IMG/VR virus record: IMGVR_UViG_3300009183_006007
Coordinates: 1-64,000 of that record
From: a virus
Length of the DNA stretch: 64,000 bases
Reading direction: 5' to 3' (one strand)
The notes beneath the pieces are model-generated. The model made no database searches and was not told the DNA's origin. It saw only the letters and a program-made list of their open reading frames with translations. Positions 21,050-30,680 of this stretch are shown here, piece after piece; position 1 is the stretch's first letter, and the number at the start of each line of letters is the position of its first letter. The position numbers and the translations under genes were made by a program.

Positions 21050-21312
21050 ATATTAACTAAACTTTTTTCATTCCATTTTTCTAATGGAATTGAAATTAAA
21101 GATTTTGTAAAATGCTCGTGTGATTTTCTTTGTTCTTCGGTTCCTCTATTAAAGTTCCAAAATTTAGCATCATCAGATGAGCATTGTAAAGTAACTGATC
21201 TTCCACCACCATCTGTTCTATATAGTCTAGAACCACAAATACTACATTTATAATTTGTATTCATTTCATTTAGTTGGTTAAAAAATGATTCATATTTAGT
21301 TAAGTGCTTCAT
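21046..21312 (-). CDS. Small Zn-ribbon-like protein with N-terminal tag
   Basis: MKHLTKYESF; CSICG; TATATATA at 21319-21326. Confidence 0.65.
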   Translation of the reverse strand: MKHLTKYESFFNQLNEMNTNYKCSICGSRLYRTDGGGRSVTLQCSSDDAKFWNFNRGTEEQRKSHEHFTKSLISIPLEKWNEKSLVNI

Positions 21313-21338
21313 TATTACTATATATAAAATTAAAATAG

Positions 21339-22670
21339 TTAATTATCATCAGATTCTTCCGGATCTTGAAAGAACAAGGTTTTATCCTTTGTTTGTAACC
21401 ATTCTCTAGATAGATTTAATCTCTTAGTTAAATCTCTTAACCAAGTCTTAGCCATTTCATATGGTTCACATCTTTGTAATGATTTCTCATATCTTTCCAT
21501 ACCACCATAGATTTTAAGAATATCTTCTTTAGATAACTTTCTCATATCATCAGCTTTAACCATAGCCATTACAAAACTAAAGTTTGTGTTATCTTTTTCC
21601 TGTAAGGCATAATCTTTTCTAGAAATACCAGAATTGATATATTGTTTATAAGCCTTTTCAATATCTACTGATTTATCAGTTAAAGCCTTTTTCACAATAG
21701 AAATAATTTTGTTAATTCTAATATGTGCTTCTTTTTCATCTTCTGGAACTTGTCCTAAGATATCATCTATCTTATCATCTAAGATATAACCAATAATAAT
21801 ATGTTCTCTATATAAGTCTTCGGTAAGTAAACCATGACGTTCACAATACCAAGGAGTCTTCAACTTAAAGAAGAAGTCTCTTCCGTGTTCATCTTCACAA
21901 GTAACAATTGAACCTTCTTTATCTACTTGAGTTGCAGTTAGTTCAATTAACTTGTCTAAGTCATGAATTTCATCTTCAAATGGAGCAACTCTAATAGAGC
22001 CAACTTTATCTAAGTGGTCTCTAATATCAATATGTTTACCAGTAACATTATCTCTTAATCTTAATAAGATTAATTCTTCACTTGGGTATCTTAGAACAAT
22101 ACGATTGTTTGGTGCCACATATTCAAAAATTGGCACGATATTATTATTCAAAGCCCAATCAACTAAAGATTTAACTTCTTTATTAGTTTTATAAACTCTG
22201 TTTATACCATCAGCTTGGTCATTATCAAATCCCATTTTGGATTTACCAATAACTTTACCATTTGGTAGTTTAATGAATGAAGCAATAGAACCATCTTCTT
22301 TGTTATTTACAAATTTGATTTTATAGTTCTTAACAACTGAATATAAAGAGTCAGGTACTTGATTTAAGTTAAAGAACTTTTCAAGTAAAACATATCTATT
22401 GAATAGGGAACCATCTTCATTAAAAACGAAAGTTAGTCCTCTCATTTCATAACCTTTCAATTCTGGTTTATCAGGAATAGGGTTAGAGAAGTCTTTGTAT
22501 TGAGCAAGACGATAATTAAACACAGATACATTAAATCCATCAACAACCATCTTAGATTCATAAAATGGTGCTTCCTCACCTGAACATAACTCTACGGCTT
22601 GTTCATATGTTGGGATAGCGTTTATTGAAACACTTTCCTTTATAAACTCTGTATATCTAAATAATTTCAT
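21339..22670 (-). CDS. RNA ligase 1 (T4 RnlA-like) with N-terminal tag
   Basis: EMRGLTF, KFFNLNQ, KEDGS, FEYVAPNNRIV, EG, FKLKT; starts MKLFRYTEFIKES. Confidence 0.88.
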   Translation of the reverse strand: MKLFRYTEFIKESVSINAIPTYEQAVELCSGEEAPFYESKMVVDGFNVSVFNYRLAQYKDFSNPIPDKPELKGYEMRGLTFVFNEDGSLFNRYVLLEKFFNLNQVPDSLYSVVKNYKIKFVNNKEDGSIASFIKLPNGKVIGKSKMGFDNDQADGINRVYKTNKEVKSLVDWALNNNIVPIFEYVAPNNRIVLRYPSEELILLRLRDNVTGKHIDIRDHLDKVGSIRVAPFEDEIHDLDKLIELTATQVDKEGSIVTCEDEHGRDFFFKLKTPWYCERHGLLTEDLYREHIIIGYILDDKIDDILGQVPEDEKEAHIRINKIISIVKKALTDKSVDIEKAYKQYINSGISRKDYALQEKDNTNFSFVMAMVKADDMRKLSKEDILKIYGGMERYEKSLQRCEPYEMAKTWLRDLTKRLNLSREWLQTKDKTLFFQDPEESDDN

Positions 22671-22675
22671 CTTTG

Positions 22676-22683
22676 TATATATT
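22676..22683 (-). promoter_or_regulatory. Putative late promoter AATATATA
   Basis: 5 nt upstream of the RNA ligase ATG. Confidence 0.6.
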
Positions 22684-22916
22684 CATATTTTCAATCTAAA
22701 AAGATTTAATAATCTTTCACTTTTTTCAAATACCTCACCATCTTCACTAGTGACCATAATCTCACCAGTTTCAAAAACTTCTATCAACCAGTAAAGTTCT
22801 CCATCTTTTTCAGTTCCAAAAAAGGCAGCTTCGTCGGTCTCATAAACAAATTCAAGTTCTAATTCATCAGACTCTTTGAATAGTTTAGTATTTGATGCTT
22901 TATGTGATAGATTCAT
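22683..22916 (-). CDS. Hypothetical protein
   Basis: ORF in operon. Confidence 0.55.
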   Translation of the reverse strand: MNLSHKASNTKLFKESDELELEFVYETDEAAFFGTEKDGELYWLIEVFETGEIMVTSEDGEVFEKSERLLNLFRLKI

Positions 22917-22917
22917 T

Positions 22918-23334
22918 TTATTTACCTAGAAGTTTATCTAAGTTAGCATTTCTATTAATAATCTTATCTCCACCGATAAGTCTTTTAATATGGTCAACTG
23001 AAAACTTATATGAGTTTCCGTTTGTGGATATAGCAATTACAGGATACTTTCTATTCTTAGTTTTGATGTCTGTAATTTCATAAACACCATTTGTTCCATG
23101 AAATTGCATACCTATAATATTCTGAGTGAATCCTAATCTTTTACAAACAGATTCGAATATCTTATCAACTCTTTCATTTTTCTCAGTAGTTACTACTGAC
23201 ATTGTAGTAGTATATTTTGCAGGATTATAACTAATAGTACCAAATTCTATTTTAACATTTTCATCTTTCTCAATTTGAGCCAATGCTTTTCTAATTTTGT
23301 CTTGTACAGATTTAATTTTAATATCAGTTATCAT
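22918..23334 (-). CDS. Hypothetical protein with C-terminal tag
   Basis: Ends NRNANLDKLLGK; TATATTTG upstream. Confidence 0.7.
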   Translation of the reverse strand: MITDIKIKSVQDKIRKALAQIEKDENVKIEFGTISYNPAKYTTTMSVVTTEKNERVDKIFESVCKRLGFTQNIIGMQFHGTNGVYEITDIKTKNRKYPVIAISTNGNSYKFSVDHIKRLIGGDKIINRNANLDKLLGK

Positions 23335-23356
23335 ATATCTTATTTTGTTTGAAATA

Positions 23357-23384
23357 CAAATATAATAAATTTAATTAATATATA
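23357..23384. promoter_or_regulatory. Back-to-back promoters: TATATTTG (minus, 23357-64) and AATATATA (plus, 23377-84)
   Basis: Both motifs in a 55-nt divergent gap. Confidence 0.6.
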
Positions 23385-23389
23385 CAAGT

Positions 23390-23977
23390 ATGCGAAACAG
23401 ACCAATAACTGATAAAGAAAGAAAAGCTTGGAAATTTGCTAGAGAAGCACATAAAGGTCAAGTAAGAAAGTTTATAAACAAACCATATTTCGGAGCTCAC
23501 GTTGTAAAAGTAAATGGTATTGTTAAACAATATACAACTGATGAAGATATACTATGTGCTGCTTTACTTCACGATACAATTGAGGATTGTTTTGAGGATC
23601 CAAAAGTAGGTTATCAGATTATTGAGAGTGAGTTTGGTAAAAGAGTGGCTGATATAGTAATGGAGTTAACTTCTTCAAAAGAAGACATTGAATCAAAATA
23701 TGATACAAAAGGTGATTATCTTATATCAAAAATGTCTAGTATGTCAGATGATGCTTTGATTGTGAAATTAGCAGATAGATTACAAAATATATCAGATGCT
23801 TTTACCGCTTCTGAAAGATTTAGAAATAATTACTTTCAAGAAACTGCTAAAATCATGGGTCAGTTAGAAAAGAATAGAAGATATAATCGAGTTCAAGGTT
23901 TACTTGCAGGACAAATAAAAATGAAACTTGACAATATCGGTACTATATTTAAAATAAAAAGATTTGATGAAATTTAA
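23390..23977 (+). CDS. HD-domain (p)ppGpp hydrolase-like protein (Mesh1/small alarmone hydrolase)
   Basis: AHKGQVRK...PY..H, AALLHDTIED, VKLADRLQN. Confidence 0.85.
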   Translation: MRNRPITDKERKAWKFAREAHKGQVRKFINKPYFGAHVVKVNGIVKQYTTDEDILCAALLHDTIEDCFEDPKVGYQIIESEFGKRVADIVMELTSSKEDIESKYDTKGDYLISKMSSMSDDALIVKLADRLQNISDAFTASERFRNNYFQETAKIMGQLEKNRRYNRVQGLLAGQIKMKLDNIGTIFKIKRFDEI

Positions 23978-24162
23978 GAAAGTGAGTTAATGATAGCTTC
24001 ATATTGCTTATCACTCAAAATCTTAATTTGTCTATTACCAAAATCAACCTTAGTAAGATACTTACTTGTTTTCAATTGTTTCCGAATAGATAGTACAAAA
24101 GAATTATCACCTTTGTAAGCTCTAATTTGTTTGTTTAGTTCATTTTTTTCTTCGATAGTCAT
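23974..24162 (-). CDS. Hypothetical protein
   Basis: TATATTTG at 24177-24184 upstream. Confidence 0.6.
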   Translation of the reverse strand: MTIEEKNELNKQIRAYKGDNSFVLSIRKQLKTSKYLTKVDFGNRQIKILSDKQYEAIINSLS

Positions 24163-24214
24163 ATTTCAATTTTTTACAAATATAATAAAAAATCTTTAAA
24201 ATGAAATAAGTTGA

Positions 24215-24445
24215 CTAATTTGTCAACTTATTTTCTATTTTTATACTTTTCTCCCATTCGGATACCAGTTTTAGATTTTTTGCATCTAACAGATTTTTTA
24301 TATCTCCTATTTTATGATTTACCCATGCGTTCTTTTTTGGGTAGAAGATTTTAGCCATTATGTAACCAAGTTCAGTTACATAAAAATTACATAGAGTGGC
24401 TTTGCCGTCAGGTGTGTCCACTTCCGAATTAACAGATTTTTTCAA
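24215..24445 (-). CDS. Hypothetical protein
   Basis: ORF with an AAACTT..TATA motif upstream. Confidence 0.5.
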   Translation of the reverse strand: MKKSVNSEVDTPDGKATLCNFYVTELGYIMAKIFYPKKNAWVNHKIGDIKNLLDAKNLKLVSEWEKSIKIENKLTN

Positions 24446-24594
24446 TAGATTAATGTGATTTTTTATAGCTTATGCTGTGTGCAAAAAGTTAATTATATAT
24501 TCATGTTTTTTTATAAGTTTGTCAACTTTTTTGATTTTTTTAATAAATTTTTTATAAATTTTTAAGACTAGAAATTAGGTTAAACTTTAATAGA

Positions 24595-24621
24595 AAACTT
24601 TGTTAGGTTCTGGCTCTATAA
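24595..24621 (+). promoter_or_regulatory. Putative middle promoter AAACTT-N16-TATAA
   Basis: Heads the grpE-dnaJ operon. Confidence 0.6.
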
Positions 24622-24643
24622 GATAAAAAATAACTATTTTAAA

Positions 24644-25129
24644 ATGACAATCAAAATTTATCCAGAAGATATAGTAAGAATGTGTTTATGGGATAACTAT
24701 GTATATTACATCGTTGGATCAGAGAAAGAAGCAGAAAAAATTCTGAAAGAAAATGCTGAAATGGAAATTACAGAAAGAGATGCACTTGTAATAGGTTTAT
24801 TGAAAATTATTGAGACAGATAATCTTATTCATAAATTTAATACTTATGTAATGGAATTTTTAACAAACAAATCTATAAAACATAATGACTATTTACTAGT
24901 TAGAAAAAAAACATTTGACTTATCAATTGATAAGTTTGTAGATAAATTCCCAGATTATTGGGAACCAAATAGCTACTGGTCTAATTCTTTAAAAGACTTA
25001 GTAGATTATGTAGAAGTAATGAAAGTAGATATCGAAAAGATTGAGATTCATAAAGTTGTAGATAAAAACGTAACTTATGAGTTTTATAACTCAAATAATA
25101 TAAAAAAACTTTTAAAATTTAATTATTAA
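24644..25129 (+). CDS. Hypothetical protein
   Basis: 161-aa ORF. Confidence 0.65.
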   Translation: MTIKIYPEDIVRMCLWDNYVYYIVGSEKEAEKILKENAEMEITERDALVIGLLKIIETDNLIHKFNTYVMEFLTNKSIKHNDYLLVRKKTFDLSIDKFVDKFPDYWEPNSYWSNSLKDLVDYVEVMKVDIEKIEIHKVVDKNVTYEFYNSNNIKKLLKFNY

Positions 25130-25131
25130 TT

Positions 25132-25596
25132 ATGGAGGAAAACACAAACCCTGAAGAAACTATTGAAAACACAATAGATCCTATTGAGGATCTAAAGTTG
25201 AAATTATCAGAATCTGAAGATAAGTATGTTAGACTTTTCGCAGAGTTTGATAATTATAAAAAGAGAGTTCAAAAAGAAAAAGAAGATATCAAAAACAATA
25301 CAAAGGTATCTATGATAACATCTATTCTTGATATGGATAATGATATTGCTATTGCTATCAAAAATATCAAAGATGAAGTAACCAGAGAAGGTGTTGAACT
25401 GATTGCTCAAAAGTTAGAAAGATTCTTAAAGAGTCAAGGTATCGAAAGTATTCAAACTGAAACTTATGATGATGAGTTACACGAAGTTATCAGTGTAGTA
25501 CCTACTGGCAAGACTGAGGTTATTGATGTCGTTAGTAAAGGTTATATGTTAAATGGTAAACCTTTCAGACACCCAAAAATTGTTATTGGTAAATAA
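25132..25596 (+). CDS. grpE: Nucleotide exchange factor GrpE
   Basis: RLFAEFDNYKKR, LHEVI, KGYMLNGKPFR. Confidence 0.92.
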   Translation: MEENTNPEETIENTIDPIEDLKLKLSESEDKYVRLFAEFDNYKKRVQKEKEDIKNNTKVSMITSILDMDNDIAIAIKNIKDEVTREGVELIAQKLERFLKSQGIESIQTETYDDELHEVISVVPTGKTEVIDVVSKGYMLNGKPFRHPKIVIGK

Positions 25597-26168
25597 TGAA
25601 AACTAAAAGCTTATTAGAAATTTATAAAGATGTTGACTATAAAAAAACCATCATTGATACATTGTGTCAAGGTATAGGTAGTCAACATATTTATTCTTTT
25701 AAGGCTTTATTAGAGTACGTGATAGATAAAAAATATCATCTATTCGACAGAGAAGAATTCAAAGGTTCTTTATACTCAGATGAAGATGAAACTTTAGATT
25801 TAGTTTTACCAGCAGTTAGGAGAGTTTTTGGAAAAGTTTTCATTGACCAACCACCTCTATTTAAAAGTGGAGGTCCTTTTACAGCTAGATATAAATTATT
25901 CACTATGTATTTCAATGCTGATGAATTTGTTGATTATCTAATTGATATGTTTATTAAATCAAAAGATTGTCTTCAACACTTTGAACATATTGATAGAACT
26001 GCTGAGACATTATCTTTAATAGTTGATAACTATGTTGCTGATTTAGTTCAACGAGTTCTAAGTATTGAAGATCACCAAGAAGCAATTAATAATATTTTGA
26101 AGCAAATTAAAAGAGAAGAAACTATTGAACAAGTACTTGATGATGAAGAATCAAATGAACTATTATGA
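25596..26168 (+). CDS. Hypothetical protein with capsid-like LPAVRRVF motif and C-terminal tag
   Basis: LVLPAVRRVFGK; KREETIEQVL near the C-terminus. Confidence 0.6.
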   Translation: MKTKSLLEIYKDVDYKKTIIDTLCQGIGSQHIYSFKALLEYVIDKKYHLFDREEFKGSLYSDEDETLDLVLPAVRRVFGKVFIDQPPLFKSGGPFTARYKLFTMYFNADEFVDYLIDMFIKSKDCLQHFEHIDRTAETLSLIVDNYVADLVQRVLSIEDHQEAINNILKQIKREETIEQVLDDEESNELL

Positions 26169-26479
26169 TTGATTGGTATGTTGAAATATCCGACTCAGCT
26201 CCAGAAGGATTCAAAGGAGATAGGTATTTAGGAAATGTCATAGATACAGCCTCTCCTTGTATGGATTACTTTTGTAATCGACTGACTGAGATGAAAGATT
26301 GGAAACTAGAAGATGCTAATAATATCTTTAGGGAAATAATAGAAGAACTTCCAATTATGTCAGCCAAAATTTATAACAATGAATTTAGAATAGATTATAA
26401 TAGATGGGTAACTATAAAACTGACAGAAACACCCATACAAATATATAGAGAATCAAAAATAAGACAAATATTAGAATAA
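26165..26479 (+). CDS. Hypothetical protein with C-terminal tag
   Basis: Ends [11 protein letters not shown]. Confidence 0.65.
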   Translation: MIDWYVEISDSAPEGFKGDRYLGNVIDTASPCMDYFCNRLTEMKDWKLEDANNIFREIIEELPIMSAKIYNNEFRIDYNRWVTIKLTETPIQIYRESKIRQILE

Positions 26480-26480
26480 G

Positions 26481-27548
26481 ATGAGTAAAGATTATTACAA
26501 AGTACTAGGCGTAGATAAAAACGCTTCAGATGATGAAATAAAAAAAGCATATAGAAAAAAAGCTATGGAATTTCATCCAGACAAAAATCCGGATAATCCA
26601 GAAGCAGAGTCTAAATTTAAAGAAGCTGCTGAAGCATATGATACATTATCATCACCGGATAAAAAAGCTAGTTATGATAGATACGGAACAACTGGTAACC
26701 CATTTGGTGGAGGTGGAAATCCATTTGGTGGAGGTGGATTTAATATGGAAGATATTTTTTCACAATTTGGTGATGTATTTGGAAATTCATTTAATCAAAG
26801 ATATGGTGGTGGACAAAGACCACAAAGTAAAGGATCTAATCTAAGAATAAAAGTTAGTTTAACTATTGATGAGATTCTAAAAGGAGCAGTTAAGAAATTA
26901 AAATATAAGAGACAAGATAAATGTAATTCTTGTAATGGTGTAGGTGGAACTGATCCAAGAACTTGTATTCCTTGTAATGGTTCTGGTCAAAGAACAATTG
27001 TTCAAAACACACCATTCGGTCAAATCAGACAAGTCGCTACTTGTCCAGATTGTTCTGGTAGTGGTAAAGTTGTTGCTGTGAAATGTAACTCTTGTAGAGG
27101 TGAAGGAGTAAGTATTAAAGAACAAGTAGTTGATGTTGAAATCCCCAAAGGAGTTTCTAATGGAATGCAATTAACAATGCAGGGATTTGGTAACTTTATT
27201 AAAAATGGATCGGCTGGTGACTTACAAATTATAATAGAAGAAATAATTGACCACTCTTTTAGAAGAGAAAATAATAATATAGTTGTGGAAAAAACTATAT
27301 CTGTTATAGATGCTATTATTGGATCAAATATTAAAGTCTCAACACCACATGGTGAGATACCAATTGCTATTGAGCCAGGAACAGAACACGGAAAGGTTTA
27401 TAGAGTATCAGGTAAAGGAATTCCAGATATTAATTATGGACTTGGTGATCTTTATGTTAAAATCAGTATTAAAATTCCAAAGAAAATTGAGTTGGATGAA
27501 AAATACACTCTTGAGAAATTAAAATCTTCGAAAAACTTTTCAGTATAA
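26481..27548 (+). CDS. dnaJ: Chaperone DnaJ
   Basis: J domain HPD, G/F region, four CxxCxGxG. Confidence 0.96.
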   Translation: MSKDYYKVLGVDKNASDDEIKKAYRKKAMEFHPDKNPDNPEAESKFKEAAEAYDTLSSPDKKASYDRYGTTGNPFGGGGNPFGGGGFNMEDIFSQFGDVFGNSFNQRYGGGQRPQSKGSNLRIKVSLTIDEILKGAVKKLKYKRQDKCNSCNGVGGTDPRTCIPCNGSGQRTIVQNTPFGQIRQVATCPDCSGSGKVVAVKCNSCRGEGVSIKEQVVDVEIPKGVSNGMQLTMQGFGNFIKNGSAGDLQIIIEEIIDHSFRRENNNIVVEKTISVIDAIIGSNIKVSTPHGEIPIAIEPGTEHGKVYRVSGKGIPDINYGLGDLYVKISIKIPKKIELDEKYTLEKLKSSKNFSV

Positions 27549-27552
27549 GAAT

Positions 27553-27582
27553 AAACCTGTTCAAATAAGAACAGGTTTTTTT
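27553..27582. terminator. Intrinsic terminator
   Basis: AAACCTGTTC-AAATAA-GAACAGGTTT followed by a T tract. Confidence 0.8.
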
Positions 27583-27583
27583 A

Positions 27584-27763
27584 TTAGATAAAAGAAAGTT
27601 TGTGTTTAGGTTTTCTTGTATAATCTTTAGCAGATTTGTGTGCTTTATGAGTAGATACCCATCCAGTAGAATTTTCTAAAGACATTTCTCTTGAAGCTTT
27701 TTTATTTGCTTTCATAGCGTCTTCTTTTGTGAATTTTCCTAAGTGAATTTTACCGTTTTTCAT
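27584..27763 (-). CDS. Unlisted 59-aa basic protein with ArfA-like tail
   Basis: Own translation MKNGKIHLGKFTKEDAMKANKKASREMSLENSTGWVSTHKAHKSAKDYTRKPKHKLSFI; TATCTTTG upstream. Confidence 0.65.
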   Translation of the reverse strand: MKNGKIHLGKFTKEDAMKANKKASREMSLENSTGWVSTHKAHKSAKDYTRKPKHKLSFI

Positions 27764-27803
27764 TTTATATAGTTTTTTGTAGTGATTTATCTTATTTGTC
27801 TTA

Positions 27804-27845
27804 CAAAGATATAAAAAATAAGTAGATTCTCCAAATTAATATATA
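27804..27845. promoter_or_regulatory. Back-to-back TATCTTTG (minus) and AATATATA (plus)
   Basis: 27804-11 and 27838-45. Confidence 0.6.
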
Positions 27846-27864
27846 AAGAAAATAAACATAATTT

Positions 27865-28671
27865 ATGGCATTAAATGATATAAATGGATATGGTGACACT
27901 TATGTTCCCTACCAAGGGGGATATACGATAGAAGAAATGGTGGATCTTGTTCAAAATGAATTAACAATTTCTTGTGCATTACCAAAGTCTTTACCTGATG
28001 CAAATATCAGACAGATAATTGAAACAAGAGCTTTACCTTGGTTCTATAGATCTTATCAATTCGCCGTTCAAAAAATGTATTTCTTAATAAAGAAAGATGC
28101 TTTCTTCTCAGAAGAATTTACAAAATATAATTATGTTAATGTTCCGTGTGAGATTCAATCAGTTGTTTATCTTTATGAGGTTAGAGGAGATAGTTTATTT
28201 CAATTAGGTATTAACACTCCTAACTTATCAGTAAACTTAGGTGTTACCAATCAACCTTATTTATCATCTTATGTTACAACTATTGGTGAATTAGGTGTTT
28301 ATAAAACGGTATTAGACTCGATGTCTGATATGTTAAATCAGTTAAATAAATATACATTAAAGTATCAGTTTAATCAATTGAACCATAGAATTCATATCTT
28401 AACTAATGTTCAATATGATGTTATTATGGAAGCTTATGCTAATATTCCTGCTGAAAATCTATTCAAAGATGATTTATTCTTTAAGTATGTAACCGGATAT
28501 GCTAAACAACAATTAGGTAATATGATGGGAAGGTACGATTTTCAATTACCGGGTGGTATTAAAATACAGGCTGCTGACTTAGTTTCACAAGGTAAAGAAG
28601 AAGTAAAAGAAGTTGAAGAGGAAATTAAGGGTCAATCGAATTCAACTTGGTTCATTATGGTGAAAAAATAA
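27865..28671 (+). CDS. Neck protein (T4 gp13-like)
   Basis: YQFNQLNHRI; KYVTGYAKQQLG...QLPGGIKI...GKEE resembles the gp13 C-terminus. Confidence 0.7.
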   Translation: MALNDINGYGDTYVPYQGGYTIEEMVDLVQNELTISCALPKSLPDANIRQIIETRALPWFYRSYQFAVQKMYFLIKKDAFFSEEFTKYNYVNVPCEIQSVVYLYEVRGDSLFQLGINTPNLSVNLGVTNQPYLSSYVTTIGELGVYKTVLDSMSDMLNQLNKYTLKYQFNQLNHRIHILTNVQYDVIMEAYANIPAENLFKDDLFFKYVTGYAKQQLGNMMGRYDFQLPGGIKIQAADLVSQGKEEVKEVEEEIKGQSNSTWFIMVKK

Positions 28672-28678
28672 AAAGTAA

Positions 28679-29074
28679 ATGAAACACTTAAAAAAATTTA
28701 ACGAATCATTAAAAGAACCAATTGATGTTGAATCTGATATTATCGAGTTCAAAGAAAAATTGGGTAAAGCTTATCATAACTTCTTTTTAAAAATGTATGT
28801 CTATTCACCTGAAGAAGAATATGCTAAAGCAATGAATAATATAGAACACCTTATAGTATCTAATCCAACTATGACTGATGATTGGGATGTTTGGGAAGTT
28901 TATGGAACAGATGATTATGGTAGAAATTCTGGAACAATTATGAATGTTAGAGCTGTTTCTAAATTACATGCTAAAATTAAAGTAGCTACTATTAAAAATA
29001 ATTTAGAAATATTAGCTACTGGTTACTACTCAGCATCTAAGACTTCTAAATCCGATTTCCATAGGTATATATAG
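28679..29074 (+). CDS. Hypothetical protein with N-terminal tag
   Basis: Starts MKHLKKFNES. Confidence 0.7.
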   Translation: MKHLKKFNESLKEPIDVESDIIEFKEKLGKAYHNFFLKMYVYSPEEEYAKAMNNIEHLIVSNPTMTDDWDVWEVYGTDDYGRNSGTIMNVRAVSKLHAKIKVATIKNNLEILATGYYSASKTSKSDFHRYI

Positions 29075-29089
29075 TGTATCTAATCAAAA

Positions 29090-29120
29090 TAAAAAAACCC
29101 AGTCGATGACTGGGTTTTTT
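29090..29120. terminator. Bidirectional terminator
   Basis: AAAAAACCCAGTC-GAT-GACTGGGTTTTTT. Confidence 0.85.
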
Positions 29121-29167
29121 GCTCTGTTCACACGGAGTGCCAATTGATTTTTAAGAGTCAATATCTC

Positions 29168-30184
29168 TTACTTGTTAAATCGATTAAATGAGTTTTGACT
29201 AATAACTTCCCATCTGACTTCACCTATGAAATCTTCAAGACTTCTACTATCTGTATATGACATAGCAGATTTTAAGTAATCAGTAAAGTTCTCACACCAA
29301 CCTTCTAAAGTATAATCAACCTTATTGTATTTAGTAATACCTTCTCCAGTTTTTAATTCAGATTTGTTCCAAGACTTTTGAACTTCTTTAGTAGACATTC
29401 CTCTATAATATTTATAGACATCAATCCCAGTATTAAAATTCAAAGTTGCTATTTCTGGTTCAATTGTGTGATAAACTCCATTAGCATCTTGTAAAAAGTT
29501 ATCACCACAACTTTCTAAACATTTGTTAAATACGCCGCCTAACATCACATAGTCAGCTCCCAAAGCAAGTGCCTTTATAATATCAGAGAAGTTTCTGAAT
29601 CCACCATCAGCAACTATTTTAGTTGGTTTATCATAAATATGTTTCCAATCAGCACATTCGCTAATAAGTGAAGCCATTGGATAATGGATGGAAACATTGG
29701 CAGAGGTAGTACAAGCACTACCACCACCAATTCCAACTCTTATATAATCGACGCCTATTTCACAATACTTTCGGTAAGTATCTGGGTTAGCGATATTCCC
29801 AATCATCAATTCTATATTATATCCGTAAGTTTCTTTAATTTGTTTAGATGTTTCCCATAGTTTCATCATATGACCATTAGCAACATCAATTAGAACTCTT
29901 TTAGGAAGAGGTTTACCCGATTTAATGATTTCAATGATTTCATCTAATCCATATGAGTAGAAATAGTTATCATTTTTCAAATCATCATATTTGACGTGTC
30001 TTGGAAGACAGACATTAATAAGATTATCATCAAATGATTTAACATTTGTTTCATCGATTACTTTATCCATTGGTGCTGTAAATAATGGTAACCTACCATT
30101 ACTTAATGGATTAATTTCTTTTCTTGAGGCAATCGTACTTAATGTTTCAGGCACAATAGAAACATCATTCCAGTCATATTTCAT
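29168..30184 (-). CDS. GMP reductase / IMPDH family enzyme
   Basis: APMD, IDVANGH, RVGIGGGSACTT, IVADGG, ALGADYVMLG, YRGMS. Confidence 0.88.
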   Translation of the reverse strand: MKYDWNDVSIVPETLSTIASRKEINPLSNGRLPLFTAPMDKVIDETNVKSFDDNLINVCLPRHVKYDDLKNDNYFYSYGLDEIIEIIKSGKPLPKRVLIDVANGHMMKLWETSKQIKETYGYNIELMIGNIANPDTYRKYCEIGVDYIRVGIGGGSACTTSANVSIHYPMASLISECADWKHIYDKPTKIVADGGFRNFSDIIKALALGADYVMLGGVFNKCLESCGDNFLQDANGVYHTIEPEIATLNFNTGIDVYKYYRGMSTKEVQKSWNKSELKTGEGITKYNKVDYTLEGWCENFTDYLKSAMSYTDSRSLEDFIGEVRWEVISQNSFNRFNK

Positions 30185-30199
30185 AAATTTGATTTATTT

Positions 30200-30514
30200 T
30201 TAATAAAAGATATATCTACCTTCTTCTTTGACGCAATAGATAGAGATTGGATAAAGTCTTAACTCTCCTTGAGTTTCATCGACCATAAATCTCATTGCTC
30301 CGTCAACAACCTCTTCATTTATAATTTTAGTTGTTATTCCATTAAGACCTTTGAATATTGTGTAATTTATTTCATCAGATTCTACTATCTTAATGAAGTG
30401 GTCTTCTTTTCGAAGAATTTTACCCATATGGCCTTCTTCAAAATAGGCTTTTTCAATAATAGATTTTAGAACATCTGAGTTACTAAACTCAACTTTAATT
30501 TCGTGTTTAATCAT
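30200..30514 (-). CDS. Hypothetical protein
   Basis: ORF; AAACTT-N14-TATAA at 30553-30577 upstream. Confidence 0.6.
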   Translation of the reverse strand: MIKHEIKVEFSNSDVLKSIIEKAYFEEGHMGKILRKEDHFIKIVESDEINYTIFKGLNGITTKIINEEVVDGAMRFMVDETQGELRLYPISIYCVKEEGRYIFY

Positions 30515-30577
30515 TTTTTAAATTATTTTGTTAACATTGATTTACTTTTGTTTTATAGATTAGGGAGTAGAAAGTTT

Positions 30578-30585
30578 AATATATA
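30578..30585 (+). promoter_or_regulatory. AATATATA motif with no downstream CDS
   Basis: Points into the structured element at 30600-30680. Confidence 0.55.
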
Positions 30586-30599
30586 CTTTATATTTTTAA

Positions 30600-30680
30600 T
30601 CCGACTTAGGGCCGGAATAGTTATAACCCCATCGGGTTACTATTGAGAAACACCGAATTCGCTCCTCGGTGTTCTCGCTT
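30600..30680. ncRNA. Candidate small structured RNA matching 23S rRNA H69-H70
   Basis: GC-rich island with three hairpins; 16/19 match to 23S 1911-1929 plus a TTCGCT match to 1932-1937. Confidence 0.6.

Noticed and set aside
30600-30680. Pistol/twister ribozyme, or purine riboswitch for the GMP reductase gene
   Set aside because: Core motifs and pseudoknots not found; the AAACTT..TATAA promoter of that operon lies downstream of the element on the minus strand
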